NCBI GenBank assembly: GCA_021162845.1
Contig: JAGGXX010000007.1
Location: 11,361-75,360, forward strand
DNA from: Thermoprotei archaeon
Lineage (GTDB): Archaea; Thermoproteota; Thermoprotei; QMSL01; B3-G16
Reading direction: 5' to 3'
DNA length: 64,000 bases
Position numbers and translations under genes: made by a program. The notes under the pieces are model-generated. The model was not told the origin of the DNA. It made no database searches and saw nothing but the letters and a program-made list of their open reading frames with translations. Positions 38,259 to 48,366 of this stretch are shown piece by piece (positions within the stretch are counted from its first letter, which is position 1; every line of letters starts with the position of its first letter).

Positions 38259-38534
38259 ATGATTAGAGCTAAGATTGATGAGAGACTTGAACGTAAGTTC
38301 AGAGAACTTGCTATGAAAAAATTCGGATATGGTAAAGGTTCTCTTACAAGAGCTGTAGAGGAGGCCATTTTAAGGTGGATAGCCACTGCGGAAAGGGAAA
38401 TTATAGAGTTCGAAGGCGACCCAGTGATGGCTATCGATGGTCTTCTCTTAGATATTGATGTCGATTCCGTTGAGCTTCAGCATAAAATAAGAGATTTATG
38501 GGCATGGAGGCCTTCAGAGGATGTACCTAGTTGA
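38259..38534 (+). CDS. vapB: VapB-type antitoxin (RHH-like)
   Basis: Small protein upstream of and overlapping a PIN gene. N-terminus IRAKIDERLERKFRELAMKKFGYGKGSLTRAVEEAILRWI. Confidence 0.6.
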   Translation: MIRAKIDERLERKFRELAMKKFGYGKGSLTRAVEEAILRWIATAEREIIEFEGDPVMAIDGLLLDIDVDSVELQHKIRDLWAWRPSEDVPS

Positions 38535-38931
38535 CACAAATATATTCTTAGAGGTCATGCTTTCGCGAGGCAAGAAAGAAGATTGCAAGGTATTTCTTAG
38601 GGAGCTATGGAAGGGAACCATAAAGGGCATTGTGACAGACTTTACGGTGCACTCGATAATAGTCCTTATGGACAGACTCAGGAAACTAGATGCATTAGAG
38701 GTATTTCTTAAAAGTTTAAGTGCTTACAGGGGACTGTATATCTACCCTACATCCTTAAGCGATGAGCTGAGGGCTATCAAGCTATCTAAGGGAAGAGGCC
38801 TCGATATGGATGATGCCATACAATACGCGGTAGCCCTATCAATAGGTGCCGACGCCATAATCTCATTTGATAAGGACTTCGATGGCTTAGAAATACCAAG
38901 AAAGGAGCCTAACCAAGTAGTCAGCCTATAA
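38521..38931 (+). CDS. vapC: PIN-domain ribonuclease VapC
   Basis: MYLVDTNIFLE PIN N-terminus with conserved acidic residues. Confidence 0.75.
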   Translation: MYLVDTNIFLEVMLSRGKKEDCKVFLRELWKGTIKGIVTDFTVHSIIVLMDRLRKLDALEVFLKSLSAYRGLYIYPTSLSDELRAIKLSKGRGLDMDDAIQYAVALSIGADAIISFDKDFDGLEIPRKEPNQVVSL

Positions 38932-39279
38932 GCTGCCAAGGCCTTTACAGGGAGAAGCTCATTGCACAGGCTGTCGAGAACCTTAGAGTGCCCCTTATTC
39001 CTCCGACTTTCCTGTTAAGGGTAATGGCTTATAGCAATCCTGAGATCCTTTAGCCCCCTTAAGGAATTAAAGGGCTATCTATGGGGCCGCTCAAGGCCGC
39101 GAACTTTTATTATTGCCTTCTCCCCTCGAACCCCCTCTGGCTACAACTTACTTGAGTGTTAGATTCTAAAATTAGAAAGAACAGGAATTTTAGAATCTAA
39201 CACTATTCATGGAGCTCATAATTTAGCGTATGAACTCGAGCTAGTCGAGTTTAACCCTCCTTTAGCTCCCCTTAAGGCC

Positions 39280-39999
39280 TTAGCTCCTTAGACGGAGCAA
39301 TATCTCCAGGAACTCCCTAGCATTATCCAGCATATCATGGTCGTTATTAAAGAACGCATAAACGCGGGTCCCATTAAGCCTTAAAAGTGAAGTAGCTACA
39401 TGAATCAACTCGTCACGAGAATAACGATAAGCATACCACGCACCTCGTCCATGCATCCTCAAGTACACGTATGGCCCGCTTCTCACGTAAAAGCAACCTA
39501 TTGGACTATCTATGCTGACCACTGTGAACCGCAGCTCCCTCCCCAGACCTATCCACTCCTCCTTAAACCACGTAGGATCCCGCCACTCGACGGCTAACGT
39601 ATATCCCAAATTAACGTGCTCCACAAAGCGCTCCAGCCTTCTAAGATGCTCATCGTCGGGTTTGAACCTAGGGGGTAACTGAAGGAGGAAGAAGTCTATA
39701 TACTCCTCTAAAGGCTGAAAAAGCCTGTGAAATCTATCCCAAAGCCCTAACGCCCTATCCTTAAGCATATATACATGGGAGACGTACCTGTGGATTTTAA
39801 TTGCCCATCGCATACAGGGCGCCTTCTCGGTTCTCATCAACCAGCTTCTTACCATATTCGGGAATGGGAAACGGTAGAAGCTAGCGTTCAGCTCTACGGC
39901 GTTGAGACCGCTGTACCTCGCATACCACTTAAAACCATCGGGATTCCAGTCGTATGACCAACCGCTCGTGCCTACAAATACCGCTAAGCGCTTTTCCAT
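39280..39999 (-). CDS. DUF72 (UPF0759) family protein
   Basis: VFVGTSGWSYDW N-terminal signature of DUF72. Confidence 0.75.
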   Translation of the reverse strand: MEKRLAVFVGTSGWSYDWNPDGFKWYARYSGLNAVELNASFYRFPFPNMVRSWLMRTEKAPCMRWAIKIHRYVSHVYMLKDRALGLWDRFHRLFQPLEEYIDFFLLQLPPRFKPDDEHLRRLERFVEHVNLGYTLAVEWRDPTWFKEEWIGLGRELRFTVVSIDSPIGCFYVRSGPYVYLRMHGRGAWYAYRYSRDELIHVATSLLRLNGTRVYAFFNNDHDMLDNAREFLEILLRLRS

Positions 40000-40139
40000 G
40001 ATGGGAATTATCCACCTAGCGGTGTTAAATGCCTTTATGAGAGGAGATCACAAGCGTGTAACATGGGGTGATGGAGATTTCTCAGGCGAGATAAAAATAC
40101 CCAGCAGTTATGCTTATTTTCTACCACTATGAAATATAA

Positions 40140-40388
40140 TTGGTAAAAAATATGAAAGTGGTAATTAAGGAGCTTGATAGGCAGGGAAGGCTTGTAATAC
40201 CTAAAAGTTGGAGAGAAAGGTATGCTAGGAGTGGAAAGGTCATCCTGAGGATTAAAGAAGGTTTAATTGAGATCCTCCCCGAGGAGACCTTCGACTTAAC
40301 TAAGTATTTTAATAGCATAGAGCTCGACCTGAAAAGCGACCTCAGCGATTGGCATGACGTCAGGAGGGAGCTCAGAGGTGTCAGTTAG
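40140..40388 (+). CDS. vapB: AbrB/MazE-type VapB antitoxin
   Basis: MKVVIKELDRQGRLVIPKSWRERYARSGKVILRIKEG swapped-hairpin pattern. Confidence 0.65.
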   Translation: MVKNMKVVIKELDRQGRLVIPKSWRERYARSGKVILRIKEGLIEILPEETFDLTKYFNSIELDLKSDLSDWHDVRRELRGVS

Positions 40389-40803
40389 GTTTGTGGATGC
40401 TAATGTATTCCTCTATGCCTATCTAAAGCCTATACGAAGACTCAAGGAGCATGAAGTTAAGCTTAAAGAATCCGCTAAGAAAATAGTCCAAAGAATTAAT
40501 GAGGGAGAGAAGGTTTTAATGACCGTGGTGCATTTTAGCGAAGTAGCCAATATACTAGAGGATATAGCTCCATTAAACGTGGCTTTGGAGATCGAGGAAG
40601 CGATTCTGCTTAAGAAGAACATTATAGTCAAGGGGATAAGCAGGGATGACTACCTAGACGCTATCGATATAGCGAGGAACTATGGAGTAGGCTTGAATGA
40701 CGCACTAGCGTATAGTGTGATGAAGAAACATGAGATCATGGAAATATATTCATTTGACAAAGACTTCGATAAAATACCCGGTATAAAGAGGATAACGCAA
40801 TAA
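40354..40803 (+). CDS. vapC: PIN-domain ribonuclease VapC
   Basis: RFVDANVFLYAYL PIN N-terminus; overlaps the upstream antitoxin gene. Confidence 0.75.
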   Translation: MTSGGSSEVSVRFVDANVFLYAYLKPIRRLKEHEVKLKESAKKIVQRINEGEKVLMTVVHFSEVANILEDIAPLNVALEIEEAILLKKNIIVKGISRDDYLDAIDIARNYGVGLNDALAYSVMKKHEIMEIYSFDKDFDKIPGIKRITQ

Positions 40804-40956
40804 TGAGGTCATCTGCGCATGGTGTCAAGTTTAAACCATCATGAAGATTAATTAAGTTAGACATCTAGAGGCTTCATACCTCTAGCCATGTTAATACTGG
40901 TTCGCAGGGGCTTAAGATCTACTAGTGAAAACAAACGCACTTAAAGGGAACAAAAT

Positions 40957-41181
40957 ATGCCCCTTATCAAGACCGGGAGAAAGAGGGATCCTGAAGGGTA
41001 TTACCTAGCCTTAATCGACAAGGAAGGATCCCGTTTGCTAGGAGCTTATTTAAGGGATTTAGAGGTAAATATTGAGGAATGGGGAGAGTACATAGCCCTT
41101 CGCACTCGCAGCAGAAGCCTGCTTAAGAGGATATTAAGGAAGGCCAAGTCCTTGGGGTTCATAATAGAAGGCGACCTATAG
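40957..41181 (+). CDS. small hypothetical protein (74 aa)
   Basis: Open frame only. Confidence 0.3.
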   Translation: MPLIKTGRKRDPEGYYLALIDKEGSRLLGAYLRDLEVNIEEWGEYIALRTRSRSLLKRILRKAKSLGFIIEGDL

Positions 41182-41734
41182 GGCTGTTGCTTATAAAAGG
41201 GCCTCCCTCATTCTTCCTCAGTCATGATACCTCATCTTCGATCCAGAGCACAGTTAGATCGCATCGCTAAGCGGAGGAATTATCTGAGCCCTACGTTATC
41301 ATCGTCCAGTCTAGTAGAGCTATGCTGAATTGCCGTTTCCTCTCGCCGTATCATTTCATGTATTTTTATCTCATTATGATGCGGGTTCATCGGTTCCGCC
41401 TCTCCCATAGGACTTGCTTATCCCTATGGTGTCATGGGTGGTAGTCGAGGACAACGGCACAGCCCTCCCATCTACACTTAGCCCTGCGGGCTTGGAGCAA
41501 AGCTCCCATCACCCGCGTACCCATGAGAATCACTAACATTACATACTATAAGCATAACGCTCGAAACAAAATGATACAAAAGAATACAAAAACTACAGTC
41601 CAATATTTCTGCCCCTTCAGGACAAGGTGCATTCGCGTTCAAAGGTCGAAGGGAAGAACTAACGGGGAATGTTACGTGGCTTTCACGTTAAGAGGTTATT
41701 TATGGATTTATTAATGAAAATATTACACGACTTT

Positions 41735-43120
41735 CTAGAAGCCCATTTTCATGCGTACCTCCTCGTAGGTCCCTCCGCCCTTGATGTATTCCTCTGCAGC
41801 CCTCTTGACCCATTCCTTAGGAGGAAGGCCCGCGGCTGATATGAGTCTCAGTGGGTCAGGCCTATTGCCTAGCTCTTTTTCGAGCCACCTAACCATCTTT
41901 AGCTCCAGCTCATCCACTATATCTTCCTCCTCGTAGACTAGGTTCTTCGTTTCACTGGGATCTTTAACGAGATTATAGAGCTCTAGAGGAGGACATTCCC
42001 AGAAGCCCGGATCTATGGTCTTTATAAGCTTCCATCCATCCTTCGTTATCACGGCTCTCTTAGCGGTCCAGAGTCCCTGATTTGAGTAGACCTCGTCATA
42101 TCCGCTCGCCTCTCCGTTAGCTATGGGCACTAGATCCCTACCCTCGAACTCCTTGGGTATGGGGATCCCGGCTAACTTCAGTATCGTATAAGGTAGATCT
42201 ATTAGCTGAACTAAATCCTTTACCCTTTTTCCCTTGGGGAGCTCGTGATATCTAATTATCAAGGGAACGTGTATGACTGGTTCGTATACAGTAGCGTGAT
42301 CGAAGTACTCTTCATGTTCACCTAAGCTCTCACCGTGGTCCGCGGTTATTATCAAGAGCGTTTCATCGATTATCCCCAGCTCCTCTAGCAATTGAACTAA
42401 TTCGCCGATTTTATCATCCACATACTTTATCTCACCATCGTATTGGGCTTTCACGAATTCTATATCAGTTATCTCCCCAGCGAGGTTATTCGCCTCTCGG
42501 ATCCTATCCAGATGTCTTTTGTAAAAGGGCCATAGAACGCTTTTCTTGAGCCTATCTAGGCTATGATTATTGGGATCAGTGGGATCCTTGCCCCTGTAAA
42601 AGAGATACCTGTATTCTTTGGGAGGGGGCATGTAGATCCCGTGAGGATCCCAGTAGTGAATGAATATGAAGAAGTCCTTATCGGCATTCTGCCTTATCCA
42701 GGGGATCGCCATGGCGTTTATATCGTCCGCATCCACCTGTTGAAGGAGTTGTCTGGGCTTACCCGCATAGGGGTTCATATAGTAGTGAAAGCCCCGGGCG
42801 AACCACCTCCTCATCATGTACAACGTGCTTACCGCGGCGGTTAGGTAACCATGGGATGCCAGGATCTCGGAGAGGTATGGTACGTTTGGGGATAAGTCCT
42901 CCGTGGGGCTATGGGATACTATACCCGTCTTAACGCCCCTTTGGCCCGTAAACATCGACGTGTACGATGGTTGCGTTGGGACATCCGTGGCATACGCTCT
43001 TTCAAAAAGTACGCCCTCCCTAGCTATTTTATCTATATTAGGCGAGGTATTCAGGTCATATCCATAACAGCCTAAATGATCCGCCCTTAAGGTATCTATC
43101 ACTATGAAGACAACCTTCAT
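41735..43120 (-). CDS. sulfatase-fold (alkaline-phosphatase superfamily) protein with Thr at the formylglycine position (paralog of 23490..24932)
   Basis: KVVFIVIDTLRADHLGCYG...SPNIDKIAREGVLFERAY...PTQPSYTSMFTGQ aligns gap-free with the arylsulfatase N-terminal block. C-x-P-x-R is replaced by T-Q-P-S-Y. Confidence 0.75.
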   Translation of the reverse strand: MKVVFIVIDTLRADHLGCYGYDLNTSPNIDKIAREGVLFERAYATDVPTQPSYTSMFTGQRGVKTGIVSHSPTEDLSPNVPYLSEILASHGYLTAAVSTLYMMRRWFARGFHYYMNPYAGKPRQLLQQVDADDINAMAIPWIRQNADKDFFIFIHYWDPHGIYMPPPKEYRYLFYRGKDPTDPNNHSLDRLKKSVLWPFYKRHLDRIREANNLAGEITDIEFVKAQYDGEIKYVDDKIGELVQLLEELGIIDETLLIITADHGESLGEHEEYFDHATVYEPVIHVPLIIRYHELPKGKRVKDLVQLIDLPYTILKLAGIPIPKEFEGRDLVPIANGEASGYDEVYSNQGLWTAKRAVITKDGWKLIKTIDPGFWECPPLELYNLVKDPSETKNLVYEEEDIVDELELKMVRWLEKELGNRPDPLRLISAAGLPPKEWVKRAAEEYIKGGGTYEEVRMKMGF

Positions 43121-43376
43121 GGTTCCCCCTCATCTATGTACTTTTTATCGTTATTTTAAGCTAATTAGCGAATAATCCGAGATTGGTACCGAAGCATTAA
43201 GTGTTCTGAATGTAATCATAACGATGAGTAAGAGGAAAATCCTAAACATCCTCGGAGTTAGAGGGTTATGTATTGCAGGCACTTAAGACGATTGATCCGT
43301 GGAGTTGAGTAGTCAAGAATTAAGGTTACGCTTAAATAGCGTCCTCCTTTTTTCACATATCAATGGTGGTGTACAT

Positions 43377-43754
43377 ATGACAGCGATCCTATTGCACATG
43401 TACTTCCTTGAACGTTTGATAATCTCAATAGCTTTCCTGATCCCCCTCGTAATAACCTGGTGGGTAGCTCGGAAGTACTCACTCAAAGGAAGATTTAGGT
43501 CGTTGACCTACATACTGCTTGGCTTTTCGATAGGTTTCCTAACTAACATCGCTGGGGGCCTTTTAGGAGCATATATCTATCAGTTGCCCTTACTCCCACT
43601 GCATCTACGTCAAGAAGGCTTCTCCGCTCAACTCATAGCCTATAGATTGTCCCTCTACAGCACGATGTTCAAGGTCGTGTACATAGCCTCATTATTCGTT
43701 TCGCTTTTGCTCATAGGATATGGCATATATAAGCTAATATCATCGATGAGCTAG
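43377..43754 (+). CDS. small membrane protein (about 4 TM helices), hypothetical
   Basis: Hydrophobic helices only. Start taken at the internal Met MTAILLHMYFL. Confidence 0.4.
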   Translation: MTAILLHMYFLERLIISIAFLIPLVITWWVARKYSLKGRFRSLTYILLGFSIGFLTNIAGGLLGAYIYQLPLLPLHLRQEGFSAQLIAYRLSLYSTMFKVVYIASLFVSLLLIGYGIYKLISSMS

Positions 43755-44265
43755 CCCTATTTATGGTAGTGTGGGTGAATATAGTTTAAACCTCTATCCC
43801 CCTGTAGGCCTGTTCATCATAGCCGACAAGGCCTACTTCATCGAGGATCGCTACCGATGCATGAAGACTATCAAAGTACGTTAGGTCATAGCGCTTTCTT
43901 AACTCATAGGCCTTAGCATGATGTAATGGATTAAGCGTCATCATCTTAATCTTATCACTGATTCAATAGGTCATGTAGTTTATGCAAGGATTACAGGTGC
44001 TTCCTGACGATAATTACATTCGCTTTCATTGGAGATTCAGCTCAACTAACGTATATGGCGACAACGCGGTATTAAATTCCGTGATCACCTTACATCTCCT
44101 CGTGATCTACAGTAGCATGAGTACGTCGGTCTCGATTAAGATGAGCCCTTTCTTTTTAATTTCACTTCCTACTAATCATAACATGCATAATTTCCATAGA
44201 GTCCCTAATTGGATTCATGCTAAGCTTAAATACGAAGAGGCCTAAATTAAATTAGGCTGGGTCAT

Positions 44266-44535
44266 ATGTCAGAGATAGAGAAGAAGATTGATGAATGTAT
44301 AGGAGAGCTAAGCCAGTATAGGTATTTTTCAACAGAGGCTGAAGCAGCGATAAGAAGCTTTGAAAAACTTAAGGAGCAGATTAAAAATCTGACAAGAGAA
44401 AACATCGACGAGGTCTTAAGAGGTGTAGAGGAGGGTTATCGGAAGAGCCTAGCCTATGCTAATTTCGTCCCTAAAACTGTGGCAAATTTAAAATTCATCA
44501 AAGAGTGGCTCGAAAAGAAGAAAGAAGAACTATAA
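44266..44535 (+). CDS. small helical hypothetical protein (89 aa)
   Basis: Open frame, charged and helical. No recognisable motif. Confidence 0.35.
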   Translation: MSEIEKKIDECIGELSQYRYFSTEAEAAIRSFEKLKEQIKNLTRENIDEVLRGVEEGYRKSLAYANFVPKTVANLKFIKEWLEKKKEEL

Positions 44536-44842
44536 TGATGAACTTAAAACTAAGTTAACCTTTCATTTTTACACATGGAAATTTTCCTACCGATAGTTAA
44601 CCATAGATATCTCTAGAACTAAGTGCAGGATTACCATCGTCCTTTCCTCACTTTGCTATGACGATAGGCCGCGAGGCCGATATTTTGAGGAATGACTAGG
44701 GAACATTAATAACTTAGGTCATCACCGTAAAGCCTAAGTAAGGCCTTACCCCCTTAATGTCTTGGCTAAGCATTACCTCACGTGATACCTAGGTTCCTTA
44801 TCAGCTCATTAACATATTGCTCAATTTACATCTTAATAAATA

Positions 44843-45508
44843 GTGGTGGTGATGGTCATGAAGGGCATAAAGCCATGGAAGGCTGGCGACGGACCTATAT
44901 CGATATACGTCAATAGGCGGGTGTCTTGGAGAATTACGCAGACCATAGTAAAGCATAATCTCCCGCTAACGCCGAATCGCATGAGCGTGATAAGCGCGTT
45001 GGTAGGATTCCTCGCTGCGCTATCCTACGTCCTGCGGTTGCCGATAGCCGGTGGAGTCCTAGCTCAGCTTTCCTCAATCCTAGATGGTGTCGATGGTGAA
45101 CTGGCCAGGGTTCTCGATATGAAGACTAAAAGTGGGGGCTTCTTGGATACAGTTCTAGATCGTTTCGTGGATTTCGCCATCATAGTCGGCCTTACCTATC
45201 TAGTAGCGAATTCGCACCCCATGCGGTCCTTCGTCTACTTACTAGGCCTCTTGGCACTAAGCGGCACCTTCCTCTGCACCTTCATACATGTAGCCTTCAG
45301 GGCGTATTGTGGTTTGCCACCAACCTTAACTAGGATCCCGCATATAGCCTCCAGGGATATCAGGCTCTTCGTGGTATTCCTCGGTAGCATCTCCGGTTTC
45401 CTCTTCGAAACGTTAGTGATATTGGTCGCGCTCACGTATACTCACGCTATCCTCCGCTTCGTGGACCTCTTCCGTAACTACCGTGAAGTTGAACTTAAAA
45501 AGGGGTAA
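44843..45508 (+). CDS. CDP-alcohol phosphatidyltransferase family protein (DIPP-synthase-like)
   Basis: DGVDGELARVLDMKTKSGGFLDTVLDRFVD matches D-G-x2-A-R...G-x3-D-x3-D. Lies next to IPCT-like and MIPS genes. Confidence 0.75.
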   Translation: MVVMVMKGIKPWKAGDGPISIYVNRRVSWRITQTIVKHNLPLTPNRMSVISALVGFLAALSYVLRLPIAGGVLAQLSSILDGVDGELARVLDMKTKSGGFLDTVLDRFVDFAIIVGLTYLVANSHPMRSFVYLLGLLALSGTFLCTFIHVAFRAYCGLPPTLTRIPHIASRDIRLFVVFLGSISGFLFETLVILVALTYTHAILRFVDLFRNYREVELKKG

Positions 45509-45600
45509 GGCCATAATCGATACCCGTTCAGATACTTCATAAAGCTCTGACGAAAAGAGTTTTAGGAGCCTAAAATACTTGTCATATTGGGTGTTTCTTC

Positions 45601-46392
45601 ATGCTTATTAGAGAAGCCATAATACTGGCTGCTGGACTAGGCACCCGGATAGGGAGTCCTATCACGGGTGTACCCAAGCCCTTGGTAAAGGTCTCCGAGA
45701 TCCCGTTAATCCTATATGCCATCTCGTCACTCCTAAGCGCTGGTGTCGAGCGCTTCCACGTCGTCGTTAACACAAAAGGCCATATGCCTATATCGAGGGT
45801 GTTGAACGAATTCGACATTAACGTTGATTTCGTAATAAACAGAGAGCCAGAGCGTGGTAATGGCTATAGCCTAATCTTAGGCATGAAGCGAGTTCAGGAC
45901 GAGTTCTTCCTTTCCATGTCTGATCACATATATGACCCAAGGATCCCAAAGGTGCTATTGAACGCATTTAACAGCAGTGACTTTGACATTTTAGTGGGTG
46001 CGGACTCTAATCCTCGATATGTGGACATAGATGAGGCAACTAAGATAATGACCAGAGGAACGCGTGTGGTGCGAATAGGCAAAGACCTAAGCCGTTATGC
46101 TCACGTCGTGGATATAGGCCTCTTCATAATGAGGCGAGACCTTTACAGGACCTATCTGGACTATGCGTCCCAGAACTATGTGGTGGAGTTATCCAGCCTA
46201 ATACAGTACTCCGTGAATCAAGGGAGAAAGGTAATGATAGCTGATGTACGGGGTCTCCCTTGGATCGATATAGATACCGCTGATGACGTATACAAGGCAA
46301 GGACGACCGCTAGATCCCTAATTGAGCGCGCGGCCAGCATAGTACGTGAGTACATCGGCATACCCCAGGTATATCAGCCTCAGGAACAGTAA
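45601..46392 (+). CDS. sugar-phosphate nucleotidyltransferase (CTP:inositol-1-phosphate cytidylyltransferase-like)
   Basis: N-terminal AIILAAGLGTRIG nucleotide-binding motif. Genomic context with DIPPS-like and MIPS genes. Confidence 0.7.
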   Translation: MLIREAIILAAGLGTRIGSPITGVPKPLVKVSEIPLILYAISSLLSAGVERFHVVVNTKGHMPISRVLNEFDINVDFVINREPERGNGYSLILGMKRVQDEFFLSMSDHIYDPRIPKVLLNAFNSSDFDILVGADSNPRYVDIDEATKIMTRGTRVVRIGKDLSRYAHVVDIGLFIMRRDLYRTYLDYASQNYVVELSSLIQYSVNQGRKVMIADVRGLPWIDIDTADDVYKARTTARSLIERAASIVREYIGIPQVYQPQEQ

Positions 46393-46757
46393 GTGTCTGA
46401 AAACGTAAACCAATTTTACATTGTTGTATAAGAGGATATAGTGTACAAAGGGGCCCAAGTGCCCTAGTAGGACTAAGCCCCAGCAAACCTTAAGGGAATC
46501 CTCTTAGCTGCTATTCAGTGTTTCCGATGGGGCATCCCAATGATGGGAAGTGCGTGATTGCTTACGATGGGGAGTAGATAGGGCTATGGAGGGGTAAGAA
46601 CTCAGTATATAAACCCCTGCGAAAAGCTCATATATCCTTTCCTAAAAATAAAAGTACTGGCCTATCTTGCCTCGCTCCTAATCCCTCAACGCGATACGCT
46701 TCTATATCATAAACGACATCCCACTTGGGTTAATACTCGCTCGGATAGGGTGAGACC

Positions 46758-47930
46758 ATGGTTAGGGTCCTGATATTAGGCCTGGGTATGGTGGGTACAA
46801 CATTCAGCGTGGGTCTAGAGAGGATAAAGAAGGGTGAGATAAAGCCGTATGGTGTACCTTTAGCCGACATAGACCTGGGTATAACCATAAACGATATAGA
46901 GATAGTCGGCGCTCTTGATGTAGATGAGCGGAAAGTGGACTTATCGATATACGACGTGGCGAGGCGCATATACAGCATGGAGAGCGTGCCCGGGACATTA
47001 AAGAAGATCAAGGTTTATCCAGGTCTCGGCGGGGAATTCGTAAAGGACCTCTTCCCGATATACAGGTTCAATGGTGGTCATAGGGATGCAATGGACTTAG
47101 TGTATGGGACGTTCGAAGAGCTAAGGCCAGATGTCATCGTGGATGTGACTACTACCCAGGAAGGCAAGGTATATAATACGTGGGAGGAGTACGAGAAGGA
47201 AGTACTAGCTGGCAGAGCTCCTCCCTCCCAAGTATACGCATATCTCGCACTAAGGTATGCTGAGGAGGTCAGGCCGGTAGCCTATGTAAACCTGATACCG
47301 ACCCCCGTCGCTAATAACCCTGTGATAATCTCCGCTGCTGAACGAGTCAACGCCCTGATATTAGGCGATGACGGGGCAACGGGTGCGACACCGCTCACCG
47401 CAGATATCCTAGAGCACTTAAGGGAGAGGAATAGGAAGGTATACTCAATCGCGCAGTTCAACATAGGTGGGAATACTGACTTCTTAGCTCTGACCGAGGG
47501 AAGGCGTAACAAGGCCAAGGAGGAGACGAAGAGTAGTGTCGTAAAGGATATACTAGGCTATGAAGCGCCTAACTACATAAAACCGACCGGCTACCTAGGG
47601 CCGCTGGGTGATAAGAAGTTCGTGGCAATGCACATAATGTATGAATCCTTCAATGGCGTCGTAGATGAGATAATAGTCAACATGAGGATCAACGATAGTC
47701 CAGCATTAGCTGGTTACATAGTAGACCTAGTTAGACTAGCGAAACTAGCGCTTGATGCCGGAATCTCAGGTACCGTGTACGAGATAAACGCCTTCTTCAT
47801 GAAGCGTCCAGCACCACTAGGATCAAAGAACATAGCTAGGATCCTAGCGTATCATAGATTGATGGAATTCATCGAGGGCACAAGGAATAAGGAATTAGTC
47901 GCAGAGGAAGAGAAGGTACCGGTACAATAG
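46758..47930 (+). CDS. myo-inositol-1-phosphate synthase (archaeal type)
   Basis: N-terminal Rossmann VRVLILGLGMVGTTF. About 390-aa archaeal MIPS architecture with the conserved NIGGNTDF-like block. Confidence 0.8.
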   Translation: MVRVLILGLGMVGTTFSVGLERIKKGEIKPYGVPLADIDLGITINDIEIVGALDVDERKVDLSIYDVARRIYSMESVPGTLKKIKVYPGLGGEFVKDLFPIYRFNGGHRDAMDLVYGTFEELRPDVIVDVTTTQEGKVYNTWEEYEKEVLAGRAPPSQVYAYLALRYAEEVRPVAYVNLIPTPVANNPVIISAAERVNALILGDDGATGATPLTADILEHLRERNRKVYSIAQFNIGGNTDFLALTEGRRNKAKEETKSSVVKDILGYEAPNYIKPTGYLGPLGDKKFVAMHIMYESFNGVVDEIIVNMRINDSPALAGYIVDLVRLAKLALDAGISGTVYEINAFFMKRPAPLGSKNIARILAYHRLMEFIEGTRNKELVAEEEKVPVQ

Positions 47931-48135
47931 GAGTGAGAGCTTTTCAGCAGTCTTTTTCTCAAATTCGAAATTGTTTTACTTACATAAGTCTCTTCTCATA
48001 ATAGAACTCAATGTGTTACTAAAGATTACGGGCAAGATTTAAACCTCCTCTTCAGCTTTCTTGTTCCCAGAAGATCCGTATTACAAATATAAAGTTAAAT
48101 ATATCGTACAATGTTGTATTACATGGTGTTTGGTA

Positions 48136-48366
48136 TTGAGTATTACGGTCTCATTTCGCATACCAAGGGAGTTAAAGAGAAAGATGGACGAATTACGCGG
48201 GTTAGTCAATTGGAGCGAGGAGATCCGGAGGTTTATTGAGAGGCGTGTGAAGGAATATGAGCAATTAAGGGCGATAGAGGAGCTTGAGGAGATAATAAGA
48301 AGCATCCCCGCGGTGCCTAAGGGAACCGCGACGAGGTATGTGAGGGAGGATCGTGATAGTAATTGA
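48136..48366 (+). CDS. vapB: VapB-like antitoxin (paralog of 57908..58141)
   Basis: RIPRELKRKMDELRGLVNWSEEIRRFIE...VREDRDSN. TTG start chosen inside the longer ORF-track ORF. Overlaps the downstream PIN gene. Confidence 0.5.
   Translation: MSITVSFRIPRELKRKMDELRGLVNWSEEIRRFIERRVKEYEQLRAIEELEEIIRSIPAVPKGTATRYVREDRDSN

Noticed and set aside
43982-44245. ORF-track ORFs 43982..44245, 41523..41714 and 49663..49854 as genes.
   Set aside because: Short, with no start context and unusual composition. The last one is better explained as a fragment of a decayed glycosidase gene, which is reported as a finding rather than a CDS.
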